From the NCBI GenBank assembly GCA_018402445.1, contig JAGYIT010000012.1:86407-150406 (forward strand): DNA of 64,000 nt. Reading direction: 5' to 3'. Made by a program: the position numbers and the translations under genes. The notes below the pieces were generated by a model. It was not told the DNA's origin, ran no database searches, and saw nothing but the letters and a program-made list of their open reading frames with translations. Positions 30,501 to 44,432 of this stretch are shown here, piece after piece (within the stretch, counting starts at the first letter, position 1; the number at the start of each line of letters is the position of its first letter). The stretch comes from Akkermansiaceae bacterium. Lineage in GTDB: Bacteria; Verrucomicrobiota; Verrucomicrobiia; Verrucomicrobiales; Akkermansiaceae.

Positions 30501-31041
30501 GTTTTTCCACGACACGCATGCCGCGTCCGCCGCCGCCGAAGGCCGCCTTGATGATGAGCGGGAAACCGATCTCGTGAGCGACGGTCAGGGCGACGTCGGG
30601 ATCGGTGATCGGCTCCTCGGTGCCGGGCAGGGTGGGGACCTTGAACTTGTGGGCCAGCGCGCGGGCGGCGGTCTTGTCGCCCATGTTTTCCAAAAGCTCC
30701 GGCGACGGGCCGATGAAAATGATGCCCTCACGCGCACAGGCGCGGGCGAAGGCCGGGTTTTCCGAGAGGAAACCGTAGCCGGGGTGGATCATCGTCACAC
30801 CCTTGGACTTCGCGAGTTTCACGATGCCCTCGTAATCAAGATACGCGCCGACGGGGCCTTTCGATGAATCGAGCTGGTAGGCTTCGTCGGCCTTGAAGCG
30901 GTGGATGGAAAAGCGGTCTTCCTCGGCGAAGATGGAAACGGTGCGGAGGCCGAGTTCGGTGGCGGCGCGGAATATGCGGATTGCGATTTCGCCGCGGTTG
31001 GCGGCCATGATTTTTCCGGGTTGGGTTGGGTTCGTTGGCAT
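27564..31041 (-). CDS. pyc: pyruvate carboxylase (one frameshift near 30032, probably a sequence error)
   Basis: ANRGEIA, GGGGRGMR, RDCSVQRR, RDAHQSL, WGGATFD and EAMKM; extra C in GCC CTT CCC TCC GCA. Confidence 0.95.
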
Positions 31042-31205
31042 GGTTTCGGAGAGGTTTTTTGCCCGTGCGGGCGGGTATGCACAAGGACGAATCGGACGGC
31101 AAGGAACCTGCAAAAAAGAAATCCAACCGCAGATGGACGGGATGGACGCAGATGAAGAGGATTATTGGGCTGGTGAATGCTTGAACGAGGCGGTAGGTTC
31201 TCCTT

Positions 31206-31478
31206 ATGGATTTGACCCTGACAGTGCCGGACGAGGTGGCTCGCGCATTGCCGTTGCCTGCGGAGGAGCGGCAGCAGCGCCTGCAGACCGAGATGGCTTG
31301 CCTGATGTATGCGAAGGGCTGGTTGAGTTATGGGCAGGCGGCGCGGGTGTCCGGGTTGGATCATTTCAGGTTCGGTCTCGAACTGGGAGACCGACAAATC
31401 CCCCGTCACTACGACGACAACGAAGCGGCACACGATCTGGAATATGCGAGTCGTCAGCAACACGTCGCCGGTCTGTAA
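31206..31478 (+). CDS. UPF0175-family antitoxin
   Basis: LMYAKGWLSYGQAARVSGL HTH; overlaps the downstream PIN gene. Confidence 0.8.
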   Translation: MDLTLTVPDEVARALPLPAEERQQRLQTEMACLMYAKGWLSYGQAARVSGLDHFRFGLELGDRQIPRHYDDNEAAHDLEYASRQQHVAGL

Positions 31479-31938
31479 CCTCGCGGTCATCGACCGTCTG
31501 GATCTGCTGCGGAGGAAGTTCGGAAAAGTCGTGATCCCGGAGGCGGTGGCGCGGGAACTCTCCGCGCTCGATCATGCAGGCGGGCGGGCAAACATCGAAG
31601 CGGCGCTGCGGGATGGCTGGCTTGTGGTGGAGCGGGTTTCTGACCGCCGTTTGCTGCCGATCCTCCGCCGACGCATTGACGAGGGCGAGGCGGAAGCGAT
31701 CGAGCTGGCGCGGCAGACGGATGCGGATCTCTTGATTCTGGACGATCTTGACGCGCGTGGCATCGCTTCCGAGGAAGGTTTGCCCTATACGGGCTTGCTC
31801 GGCTTGCTAGCCGAGGAACGAATGGCGGGCAGGCTGCCTTCGCTGGAAGACGAAATCAAACGGCTGCGCGACGAATGCCGTTTTTTCGTGTCCGCCGACC
31901 TGGAAACGAAGCTGTTGCGCGGGGTGGGTGAAAGGTAA
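31444..31938 (+). CDS. DUF3368 PIN-domain toxin
   Basis: VVSNTSP, IPEAVAREL, DEGEAEAI, LLILDD and GLLG. Confidence 0.85.
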   Translation: MRVVSNTSPVCNLAVIDRLDLLRRKFGKVVIPEAVARELSALDHAGGRANIEAALRDGWLVVERVSDRRLLPILRRRIDEGEAEAIELARQTDADLLILDDLDARGIASEEGLPYTGLLGLLAEERMAGRLPSLEDEIKRLRDECRFFVSADLETKLLRGVGER

Positions 31939-32001
31939 GCGGGGGGCAGGATTGCCAGCTAAGATGGAATTTCATGTGGCGACCGAAGATCGCCTCCACG
32001 G

Positions 32002-33354
32002 TCACTTCCCGATACAGAAGCTGGAAAAAATCACGCCCAGCAGATCCTCGGTATCGACCTTGCCGGGGATTTCGCCGAGGGCGTCAAGGGCTTCGCGGAG
32101 GTCGATGGCGGCGAGTTCGGGGTCGGAGTTTTGCTCGGTGAGGAGGTCGAGGGCGGCGGTGAGGTTGGTGCGGGCCAATGCCAGGGATGCTTGGTGGCGG
32201 GCATTGATGGCGATGGCGTGCTCGCCGAAATCCGCTTCGGTGAAATGGAGGGCGGTGCGGATTTTTTCCGAAAGCGTATCGAAGCCCTCGCCGCTCGCGC
32301 AGGAAATCCGTGTGGCTTCTGCACCTTTCCATGTGGGATGCTCGCCGAGATCCGATTTGTTGAGGACGAGGAGATGGGTGGCGTGGTTCGAGGGATAGAC
32401 GGCTCGTTCAGGGCGCGGGCGCGAGGCGTCGGCGATTTCGAGGAGCAGATCCGCGCCCTCGATCTGGCGGACGGTGCGCTGGATGCCCTGCGCCTCGATG
32501 GCGTCGTCGGATTCGCGGACGCCCGCCGTATCGACGAGGCGCAGCGGGATGCCGCCGAGGTTGATGACCTCCTCGATCGTGTCTCGGGTGGTGCCGGGGA
32601 TGTCGGAAACGATGGCGCGGTCGAAGCCGAGCAGGCGGTTGAGCAGGGAGGATTTGCCGACGTTCGGCTCGCCGAAAATAACCGTTCGCACGCCCTCGCG
32701 GAGGCACGCGGCCTTGGTCGGCGGTGGCGAGCAGGGAATCGATGGTTTGCAGAATCCTACCGATACGGAGGCGGAGCTGGGCGGTGGTTTGTGGGTCGAT
32801 ATCTTCGTCGGGGAAGTCGATCCACGCCTCCAGATGCGCGAGGATTTCTAACAGCTCGTCGCGGGCTGCGGTGGTCCGTTTTCCGAGGGTGCCCTCGAGT
32901 TGGGAGTGGGCGGCGCGGATCGCGAGGCGGGTCTGGGCGGAAATGAGATCCATGATGCCCTCCGCCTGAGTGAGATCGAGCTTGCCGTTGAGGAAGGCGC
33001 GCTGCGAGAACTCGCCCGGCGCGGCGTGGACGGCGCCGCATTCGAGGAAACGGGCCAGAACGTTTCGCGGGTCACGAGGATGCCGCCGTGGCCCGCGAAC
33101 TCCACAGTGTCTTCGCCGGTGAAGGAGTTCGGGCACAGGAAAACAGTGAGCAGGCCGTCGTCGATCACCGAGCCTGCGGCGTCGCGGATCTTGCAGCGGC
33201 GAGCCACTCGGGGCATCGTGGCAGAAGCGATGCCGCCACAGGCGAGATCCGCAATCTCGATGGCGCGAGGGCCGGAAACACGGATCAGCGAAATGGCACC
33301 TACGCCCGTGGGGGAGGCGATGGCGGCGATGGTGGAGCTATGCGCCGAGGCCAT
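32002..33354 (-). CDS. mnmE: tRNA modification GTPase MnmE (two frameshifts near 33062 and 32704)
   Basis: TIAAIASP, SFTGED, LDLTQAE, GEPNVGKSS, GTTRD, DTAG and FCIGK spread over three frames. Confidence 0.93.
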
Positions 33355-33525
33355 TTATGTAACGCGTTGGTGAAAACTAAAAGCGGCGATAAATCAAATC
33401 ACCACGCGATCAGTTTAAAGCGGCTCCAAGAGAGCTGTCAATGCGCGTGGGAACCTTGCGAAATGCGCTTCTTGCCTTGCACCGGCCCTTGGTGACCTCT
33501 AACTTGCGCGCCCCATGACAGTCTT

Positions 33526-35088
33526 ATGAAACCCGTTCACATCTACGATACCACCTTGCGCGACGGCACCCAGGGCGAGGGCTTTCAGCTTTCCGGCCTC
33601 GATAAGCTGCGGATTGCGAAGCGCCTCGACGAGTTCGGCGTGGACTACATCGAGGGCGGCTGGCCGGGATCGAACCCCAAGGACGTGGAGTTTTTCCAGG
33701 CCGCGAAATCCATCGATTTCAAGCACGCCAAGCTCGCCGCCTTCGGCTCCACGCGCCGTGCGAACACCCCGGTGGACGAGGATCCACAGGTAAAACTTTT
33801 GCTGGAGGCGGAGACACCCGTGGTGACGATTTTCGGGAAAAGCTGGGAAATGCAGGTCACGGAAATCCTGCGCACCACCGTCGAGGAGAACCAGGCGATG
33901 ATCCGCGAAACCGTCGCCCACCTTGCCCAGCACGGCCGCCAGGTGATCTACGACGCCGAGCACTTTTTCGACGGCTACAAGGACTCCCCGGAGCACGCCC
34001 TCGCCACTCTGAAAGCCGCCGCCGACGGGGGCGCGGCCTGCCTTGTCCTCTGCGATACGAACGGCGGCACCCTGCCTTCCGAGATCGCCATGATCTGCAC
34101 CGCCGTGCGCGCCCATCTGCCCGGCTCCTCCATCGGCATCCACACCCACAACGATTGCGAACTCGGCGTCGCCAACGCGATTGCCGCCGTCGATGCGGGC
34201 GCGACCCACGTGCAGGGCACGATCAACGGCTACGGTGAGCGCACGGGAAACTGCAACCTCACCTCCGTCATACCCATCCTCCAGCTGAAAATGGGGCTGG
34301 AGGTGGTGCCGCGCCTCGAAGGTCTGCGCGACCTTTCGTGGTTCGTGGACGACGTTTCCAATAACCCCCATTTCGCCCGCGCTCCTTTCATCGGTCGCAC
34401 GGCCTTCGCCCACAAGGGCGGCATGCATGTGAATGCCGTGCAGAAACTCGCCCGCAGCTACGAGCACATCACGCCCGCCAGCGTCGGCAACGAGCAGACC
34501 ATCCTTGTTTCCGAACTCAGCGGCCAATCCAACATTCTCCTCAAGGCGCAGCAGATGGGTATGCCCATCGAAAAAGGCGCGCCCGAGGCCGCGCGCATCC
34601 TTGCCTGCATCAAGGAACTGGAGCACGAGGGTTATTCTTTCGAGGCAGCCGGCGGTTCGCTGGAGTTGCTGATCCGCCGTGAGCTGGGGAAATACAAGAA
34701 ACCTTTCGAGGCCAACGAATACCACACCAGCTTCCGCCAATACCGCGACGGCCACAAACCCGTCTGTGAGGCCACCGTCAAGGTCAGCGTCAACGAGTCC
34801 ACCGAACTCACCGTCGCGGAAGGCCACGGCGTGGTCAACGCCCTCGACCTCGCCCTGCGGAAAGCGCTCATGCCTTTCTATCCGGAGATCGAGGAAGTCT
34901 CCCTCGTAGATTACAAGGTGCGCATCCTCGACGGCCACGAAGCCACCGCCGCCAAGACCCGCGTGCTCATCGTCTCCGCCCACGGCGGCGAAACCTGGGG
35001 CACCATCGGCGTCTCGGAAAACATCATCGAGGCCAGCTGGCTCGCCCTCGTCGATGGCATCGATTTGTTCCTCCAGCGGAGAGGCTAA
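33526..35088 (+). CDS. cimA: citramalate synthase
   Basis: YDTTLRDGTQGEG, EGGWPGSNPKD, DAEHFFDG, HTHND and GYGERTGN. Confidence 0.92.
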   Translation: MKPVHIYDTTLRDGTQGEGFQLSGLDKLRIAKRLDEFGVDYIEGGWPGSNPKDVEFFQAAKSIDFKHAKLAAFGSTRRANTPVDEDPQVKLLLEAETPVVTIFGKSWEMQVTEILRTTVEENQAMIRETVAHLAQHGRQVIYDAEHFFDGYKDSPEHALATLKAAADGGAACLVLCDTNGGTLPSEIAMICTAVRAHLPGSSIGIHTHNDCELGVANAIAAVDAGATHVQGTINGYGERTGNCNLTSVIPILQLKMGLEVVPRLEGLRDLSWFVDDVSNNPHFARAPFIGRTAFAHKGGMHVNAVQKLARSYEHITPASVGNEQTILVSELSGQSNILLKAQQMGMPIEKGAPEAARILACIKELEHEGYSFEAAGGSLELLIRRELGKYKKPFEANEYHTSFRQYRDGHKPVCEATVKVSVNESTELTVAEGHGVVNALDLALRKALMPFYPEIEEVSLVDYKVRILDGHEATAAKTRVLIVSAHGGETWGTIGVSENIIEASWLALVDGIDLFLQRRG

Positions 35089-35099
35089 GGGCTTCCATG

Positions 35100-35526
35100 C
35101 CGGTAGGGCTGATCCGGCTCGGTCGGCCCTGATCAAAAACGGAGGAGCCTTTATCACGCAATGGTAGTGCAACCTCAGTTAGTGGCTCCGCCAAAAAATA
35201 AACGCGCGTTTAAACGAGATTTCCGACGAAGTCCATGGACTGCGGCAGCCTGCTGCCGCTTTCCGCCATGCAGCCTGCTGCGAGCGGGGCTAGCAGAGGT
35301 TTCATCGGGCGTTTCCCGTGCCAATGCCGCCGACCTCGCAGCAGGGCTGCATTGGCCAGAGCTACAGCAGGCTCTGGCAGTCCAAGGTGCTGCGCACATG
35401 TCTTCGACAATAAAAAATTGGCAGAATCCCTTAGGCAGCTTTTTGTCTCGGGATTTCACTCCCGCCATGGTGAGCGGTGCGCTAGATTTTTGAAGTGGGC
35501 CGACCGAGCCGGATCAGCCCTACCGG
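35100..35526. repeat. composite REP element: outer 30-bp perfect GTAG-REP inverted pair enclosing a second palindromic family
   Basis: 35100-35129 is the exact reverse complement of 35497-35526; inner tggactgcggcagcctgctgccgc...gcagtcca at 35236-35384. Confidence 0.88.
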
Positions 35527-35584
35527 AAAAAAATCACATGCCTTTCCCCATCGACAGCAAAAGCGCATGCCGATAGTGACGGGT

Positions 35585-37062
35585 ATGCGCGTTTTCCTCG
35601 CCTGCCTTTTTCTCCCGCTCAACCTCAGCTCCGCCGAGCCCTTGGGGAAAAAGCCGAACATCCTCTTCATCGCCGTCGATGACCTCAACGACTGGGTCGG
35701 GCCGCTGGGGGGCATCCGCAGGTGAAGACGCCGAACTTCGACCGGCTCGCGGCGATGGGAACCACTTTCACTAACGCGCACTGCCAGAGCGTCCTCTGCA
35801 ATCCCTCGCGCCTCAGCGTTCTCACCGGCCTGCGCCCGACGACGACCGGGATCTACGGCCTCGCGCCCTGGTTCCGCAACGTCCCGGAACTCAAGGATCT
35901 CACTACGCTGCCGCAGCATTTCCGCGACAACGGATACCGCACCTACGTCGCCGGGAAGATTTTCCACGGTAACTACGGCTTCAAGGCAGGCGGGCCGGAT
36001 TGGGATGAGGTCGGGCCGCCGGCCGGAGGCGCGCCTTTCCCCGCGAAGAAACTCGTCAACACCCCGAGCCCGATGAAACTCGTCGATTGGGGTTTTTTCC
36101 CGCACAAGGATGAGGACAAGGACGATTACAAGATCGCGAGCTGGTCGGCGGAGCGGTTGGTCGAAATGCCGGACGACAAGCCCTTCTTCCTCGCCACCGG
36201 ATTTTTCCTGCCCCACGTGCCGAACTTCGCGACGCGGAAATGGATGGATCTCTACCCGGAGGAAACCCTGAAACTCCCCGAGGTCATGGAGAACGACCGC
36301 GCCGACACCCCGCGTTCCTCGTGGTGGCTGCACTGGCAACTGCCGGAGCCGCGGCTTGAGTTCCTGAAAAAGGAGAACGAGTGGATAAACTTCGTCCGCT
36401 CATACCTCGCCACCGTCTCTTTCATGGACGCGCAGCTCGGACGCGTGCTCGATGCGCTGGAGAAATCCGGCCACGCCGACAATACGGTGATCGTGCTCTG
36501 GTCGGATCATGGCTTCCACCTCGGCGAAAAGGAAATCACCGGGAAAAACACGCTCTGGGAACGCTCCACGCGCGTGCCCCTGATGTTCGCTGGCCCCGGC
36601 TCGCTGCGCGGGACGAGGTGCGCGGAACCCGTCGAGCTGCTCGATATTTTCCCCACCCTCTGCGACCTCGCCGGACTGCCGAAACCCGCTGGTCTGGAGG
36701 GACTCTCGCTCGTCCCGCAGTTGGAAGACGCCTCGGCGGTCAGAGCACGCCCCGCCCTCACGAACCACAACCCCGGCAACAACTCCGTCCGCGACATCCG
36801 CTGGCGCTACATCCGCTACATGGACGGCGCCGAGGAACTTTACGACATGGAGAAAGACCCCAACGAGTTCAAGAACCTCGCAGGCGATCCGGCCTTCGCG
36901 GCGGAGATCGAAAGGCTGAAAAAATGGCTGCCCGCCAAGGAGAAACCCCACGCCCCCGGCAGCGCCTCCCGCATCCTCGAATCCCGCAACGGCAAACCTT
37001 TCTGGGAAGGGAAGGAGATCCTGCCCGGCGATCCTATCCCGGAGATCAGCGCGGCGGATTGA
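35585..37062 (+). CDS. sulfatase (frameshift in the G-run near 35710)
   Basis: Signal peptide, [14 protein letters not shown], then in another frame [14 protein letters not shown] (FGly motif) and [10 protein letters not shown]. Confidence 0.9.
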
Positions 37063-37098
37063 GCGGACTCTCACCGCCGCGCGTAACCTGAAAAACCC

Positions 37099-37923
37099 TC
37101 ACTCATTGATCAACTCCCGCAGCGCGTCATGCGCGGCCGGCTCGTCCTTGCCGACAGGCATCGCCTTCACCAGCTCCGCCACCATTTTCCCGCCCGTCCC
37201 ATCATAGGATTTCAGGAAAGCGGCGAAGTCCTCGCTCGCCTTCTCATCCGCCTTATCGCTGACGACCCGCAGGATGAGAACCTTGGCCGGAGTCCCTTCT
37301 TCCGCCGCCGCCAGAAGCCCGAAGGCGTTCATTTCCACAAGCTCCGCCCCGAATCCGCGCGCCAGCTCCCCCCGCTTCTCACCGGAGGCGACGAAGACCT
37401 CGCCGGAGACCAGCTTCGTGGCTGGCATCTGTTTCCAAGTGCCCTCCGGCCAATCATCGGGCATCCACGCGACCGTCCGCAACGCGCTCTCGGAAGGGAA
37501 CACCCTGCCGCCCTCCCCCGCACGACCCTGCTGCCACGCCGCCACCTCGCCGATCCGCCACCAGCTCCCGATCCCCGCCTCATCCCCGATCCCGCCTGCC
37601 GGCCCGGTGGATATGATCCGATCCACCGGATTCAACGCGAGGACGCGTGCCACCGTGACCGCCGTGTTCACGCATCCCGACCCCATTTTCGCAGCCACCA
37701 CGCGGTGCGCTCCCACCCGGTACTCGAAGGCCACCGTCCCACCCACCAGATTCATAGCACGTATGGGGGCGCCCGCCGCCGCCTCGAAAGCAACCTTGTC
37801 CTCGTCCAGCGCGAAGAAATAGCCAACGTTGCCCGCATATGCGCAATTCGTGAAAAATATCAATAACAATGAAACCCATGGCCGATTTTGGTAACAAATA
37901 AATCTGGAGATATATCTTTTCAT
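37099..37923 (-). CDS. nucleoside phosphorylase/MTA-SAH nucleosidase-like protein
   Basis: MGSGCVNTA, IISTGPAGG, LVSGEVFV, VEMNAFG and RVVSDKAD. Confidence 0.8.
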   Translation of the reverse strand: MKRYISRFICYQNRPWVSLLLIFFTNCAYAGNVGYFFALDEDKVAFEAAAGAPIRAMNLVGGTVAFEYRVGAHRVVAAKMGSGCVNTAVTVARVLALNPVDRIISTGPAGGIGDEAGIGSWWRIGEVAAWQQGRAGEGGRVFPSESALRTVAWMPDDWPEGTWKQMPATKLVSGEVFVASGEKRGELARGFGAELVEMNAFGLLAAAEEGTPAKVLILRVVSDKADEKASEDFAAFLKSYDGTGGKMVAELVKAMPVGKDEPAAHDALRELINE

Positions 37924-37954
37924 GCCAGCATCATCGGATATACGTGATTTCCAT

Positions 37955-38678
37955 GCAAGCGATCAGTCGCCGTAAATTCGTCACCAACTCAGCGATCCTC
38001 GCCGGTGGTGCCGCCATCGGCTACAAAGTGGTTTCCCGGGGGAATGCCCATCGTGGAGCCATCCGCTTGCTGCCTGTCGAGGGCTACGCCTACTCGGAAA
38101 CCTTCGCCCGGTTCATGAGCCGCGCCAAGTTCGATTCCGTACGCAACGCCATCGCCTCCATCCGCGACCGGTCGGTTCCCGTCCGCGTCGTCCACATCAA
38201 AGCAAACGTTCCTATCGGTCCCGGATCACCGGGACCGACCGATACGAAGGTTTGCAGAAACCCGCCGCACCGGGAACTCCCGGGCGGCGGGCACCAGGGA
38301 GGGGCGAGTTGCCGCCCGTCTCCCCATCCATCTGAACAGATCTATCACCAGCCACCCCTCCCGCCGCCATGGGCAATCCCCCAAACAAGAAAAACAACAG
38401 GCTGCGGAAAAGGGCGACCGCCAAGACCGTCCCCAACTCCCCCTTTTCCCGATCCCTGCGCGAAGCCAGGGAACTCATCGCCGCCGGTGATACCGAAAAC
38501 GGCCTCGCCGCTCTCAACCAGCTCTCGGCGAGTTCCCGGAACCCCGTCCGCCGCGCGAAAATCCTGCTCTCCATCGGCGAGTCGCAGACCCGTCACTCCC
38601 GCCACAACGAAGCTCACGCCGCTTTCGCAAAAGCCTCCCTCTACGCGAACCAAGCCGAGGCCACCGATCTCACCCTAG
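37955..38678 (+). CDS. small protein with Tat-like leader (3' end uncertain)
   Basis: MQAISRRKFVTNSAILAGGAA. The ORF overlaps the next gene by about 300 bp, so the true end may be near 38335 via a frameshift. Confidence 0.45.
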
Positions 38679-40636
38679 CCGCCGGCACGGGCATGATCCG
38701 TTCCCTCCTGCGCTCCTTGCGCTCCGACGAGGCGAAAGCCGCCGCCACCCAGCTTCTCGCCGACCTCGAAGCCGCCGGGAAAAAGTTTGCGGACATCCAG
38801 AACCTCACACCCGAGCAACTGGCCGAGCAAGGCTCGATCACCGTCCCCGCCCGTCCGCCCCGCCTTACCGTCGGCCTCACGAAAATCGCCACCGCCTTCA
38901 TGGAATCCGGCCTCACCGATGAGGCGAAGTCTTTCCTTCTGAAAGCCATCCAGCTCTCCCCCAACGGCGCCTCGCGCGCCCGCCAATCCCTCGCCAAGCT
39001 CGCCCTCGCCTCCGACGAACCCGCACTCGCCGAGCGCTACGCCCGCGAAGCCCTCCTCATGGGACGTTTCCAAGCGAAAACCACCGCCGCATGGCCCCTC
39101 TACCTCGATGCCCGCGCCCGCCAGAACCTCGTCCCCATTCTCGAACCCGACGTCTTCGCCGCCTTCCAACAGCACGCACAGGGTCGCATCGCCTCCGCCT
39201 CCACCCTCTCCATCGCCCGCATCCTCCGCGCCCACGGCGATCCCTCATGGAAGGAAATCGCCACCACAGCCCTCGCCCACCGGAAAGGCGACAAGGTAAT
39301 CACCACCGAGATCGAAAAGCTCCTCCATGCGGACGCCAAACTCTTCGCCACCGAAGAACCGCACAAAACCGCCGCCCGCGCCCTCCGGCTCATCCGCGCA
39401 GGGGAAGTTTCCATCCAGGAAACCGTCGCCCACGCCAAGGAATACGTCCGCTTCTCTCTTCTCGCGGGCAATAAACCTGATCTGGAAAGGATCGTCCGCA
39501 TCGCCGCCAGGAAATTCCCCGCCGTCGCCCTGCTATCCATCCGCCACGCCGCTGCCCTCGGAGCCATGATGGCCACCCGGCACGACATCGCCCGCCAATG
39601 GCTCCTCGCCCTCATCACCGAAGCCGCCCAGCTCGGCCAAATCGCCGCATGGGGTCGCGCCAACTGGGCGCTTGCCCGCATGGAATCCCTCCTCGAAAAC
39701 AACGCCGAAGCCGCCTTCTACTACATGGAAGTCGCCGCCCACCCCGACACCCCGCCCCGCTTTAAGATCCAGGCCATGCTCCGCGGCCTCAAGTTCCTAG
39801 GAAAATCCGGGGACACCTCCACCGACATCGGCCAGCTCACCGAAAACATCCGCGCCATCCTGCGCGAAACCGATGACTTCCGCATCCTCCTCGACGCCGC
39901 CAGACAGCTCGCCCTTGCAGGATCAAATTTCACCGCGCTCAAGAACGAAGCCGCTGACCGTGCCACCATTCTCGCCGACCAATCAATTTCCACAGCTTCA
40001 AACGCCTCCGCCGCCCTCGCAGACCTGGAATACCTTTCCAGAAAATCCTATTGGGATCTCGCTCGCTATCAAATCGTCATACGTCGTTGGGAAGAACTCA
40101 CCCCGGCACGGAAAAACGAATACAAAACCACGGCCGGCTCCTTGTGGTATGAATACCTGTCCCTCGTTTTGTTATCGCTCAGCGCGACGAACCGCAACCA
40201 GGAAGCCATCAGCCTCGCCTCCTCGGTCTTGGACAACAACAACTCCACACCGGAGAGCTACGTCATCCTCGGCTCCGTCTATGCCGAGCAACTCCTTCGC
40301 AGCGGCAAGGTGGAAAAGGCATTCGAATACTTCCGCTGGATCGCCATCGAGCAACCTACCCACAGGAAAGCCGCATCAGCACACTATTGGCTAGCCCTGC
40401 ATGAGATGCAACAAGGCAACCACGCCGCTTCCAAGGCACACGCATACAGCTTGCGGAAATGCTATTCGGGAAAACCCGCCCTTCTGGATGAATGGAAAAT
40501 CGATGCAAAGGCAGTGTGTCTTCTCGCGGACGGCAGCCTCGATAAAGCGGTTGGTTTGGGTGGATCAACCTACACGGCGGACTTCCTGCGCGAAACGCTG
40601 CGGGAAATAGCACAGGATGCCAGCATACTCCGTTGA
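38369..40636 (+). CDS. TPR/alpha-solenoid protein
   Basis: 755 aa, Ala/Leu-rich helical repeats (AKSFLLKAIQLSP, AFEYFRWIAIEQP..AHYWLA). Confidence 0.75.
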   Translation: MGNPPNKKNNRLRKRATAKTVPNSPFSRSLREARELIAAGDTENGLAALNQLSASSRNPVRRAKILLSIGESQTRHSRHNEAHAAFAKASLYANQAEATDLTLAAGTGMIRSLLRSLRSDEAKAAATQLLADLEAAGKKFADIQNLTPEQLAEQGSITVPARPPRLTVGLTKIATAFMESGLTDEAKSFLLKAIQLSPNGASRARQSLAKLALASDEPALAERYAREALLMGRFQAKTTAAWPLYLDARARQNLVPILEPDVFAAFQQHAQGRIASASTLSIARILRAHGDPSWKEIATTALAHRKGDKVITTEIEKLLHADAKLFATEEPHKTAARALRLIRAGEVSIQETVAHAKEYVRFSLLAGNKPDLERIVRIAARKFPAVALLSIRHAAALGAMMATRHDIARQWLLALITEAAQLGQIAAWGRANWALARMESLLENNAEAAFYYMEVAAHPDTPPRFKIQAMLRGLKFLGKSGDTSTDIGQLTENIRAILRETDDFRILLDAARQLALAGSNFTALKNEAADRATILADQSISTASNASAALADLEYLSRKSYWDLARYQIVIRRWEELTPARKNEYKTTAGSLWYEYLSLVLLSLSATNRNQEAISLASSVLDNNNSTPESYVILGSVYAEQLLRSGKVEKAFEYFRWIAIEQPTHRKAASAHYWLALHEMQQGNHAASKAHAYSLRKCYSGKPALLDEWKIDAKAVCLLADGSLDKAVGLGGSTYTADFLRETLREIAQDASILR

Positions 40637-40644
40637 TTCCGACC

Positions 40645-43296
<2,652 letters not shown>

Positions 43297-44380
43297 TTTT
43301 TGGGGTCAGGTGCTTCATCGCAACATTTTTCTTGTCGGGAAGCGGGTTGAGGAGTGGAATCCCGGCATGCCGAGAGCGTTGCGCCACCAATACCCCGGAG
43401 CGGTTTATCATGTGATGGCGCGCGGGGATGGGGGGAAAGCCGTTTTTGAGGGGGATGATGACAGGAAGGCGTTCCTGTTCCGGCTGGGGCAGGTTTGCGG
43501 GAGCCACGGCTGGCGTGTCCATGCCTGGGTGCTCATGGGAAACCATTTCCATCTGTTGCTGGAGACGCCGGAGCCGAACCTGGTGACCGGGATGAAGTTC
43601 CTGCTCGGGACGTTCAGCCAAGGATGGAACGCGCGGCGGTCGCGGCGAGGTCATGTTTTCCAAGGACGCTACAAATCGGTGCCGGTGAGCGCGGCGGCGG
43701 GGAGTCCGCATTATTTCCGCATCGCGGCGGACTATATCCACCTCAATCCCGCCAGGGCGGGGCTGGCGGGCGGTGGGCGCGGGAAACTGGTTTCCTACAA
43801 ATGGAGCAGCCTGCCCTGTTACCTGAGCGGCAAGGGGCCGGATTGGCTGGTGCTGGATCGGGTCTTGGGGGCGTTCGAGCTGGCGAAGGACGGGCGCGGG
43901 CGGAGGGCATACGTGGCGTGGCTGGAAGCGCGGGCGGAGGAGGGAGGGGATGTGGGCGAGCAGGGCATGAAGGAGCTGCGGCGCGGCTGGTATCTGGGCG
44001 AGCCGACCTTCGCCGACAAGCTGCGTGCGCTTGTCGAGGCGAAGCGGGATCGCGGAACCGAAGGCCGCGACCCAACCGCGAAGGCACACGATGAATCCGA
44101 GGCGGAGGATCTGGCGAGGCGGGCGCTGGGATTGCTGGGAATGCCGGTGGAGCCAGAGGCCTTGGCCGGGTTGCGCAAAGGCGATCCCCGGAAGGTTCTG
44201 GTGGCGGTGATTGTCCGCAAGAACACGTCGGTGAGCAATCGCTGGCTTACGGATCGTCTGGCGATGGGTCATGCGGCAGGCTTGAGCAGGCTCCTCGGCG
44301 AATGCCGGAAGGATAAGGAAAGCACGCGGAAACTGACGGAACTTGAAGAAATGTTGCGATGAAGCACCTGACCCCAAAAA
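43297..44380 (+). mobile_element. Y1 (HUH) transposase element with perfect 32-bp terminal inverted repeats; CDS 43367-44362
   Basis: tttttggggtcaggtgcttcatcgcaacattt (43297-43328) and its exact reverse complement (44349-44380); YHVMARG, MGNHFHLL and YIHLNP motifs. Confidence 0.9.
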
Positions 44381-44381
44381 T

Positions 44382-44432
44382 CACAAGATGTATGCAAAAA
44401 TGATCGAACTCGGAGAACTTAATGAAGACTAA
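44382..44432 (+). pseudogene. probable orphaned 3' tip of a hydrolase gene
   Basis: HKMYAKMIELGELNED* begins right after the IR, and its stop overlaps the start region of the next gene. Confidence 0.5.

Noticed and set aside
31124-31200. aaccgcagatggacgggatggacgcagat repeat with a possible gene stub
   Set aside because: Too short and degenerate to assign; probably dispersed-repeat debris before the TA module.
30020-33070. Programmed ribosomal frameshifting in pyc or mnmE
   Set aside because: No slippery heptamer or known precedent; clustering of indels favours sequencing error.
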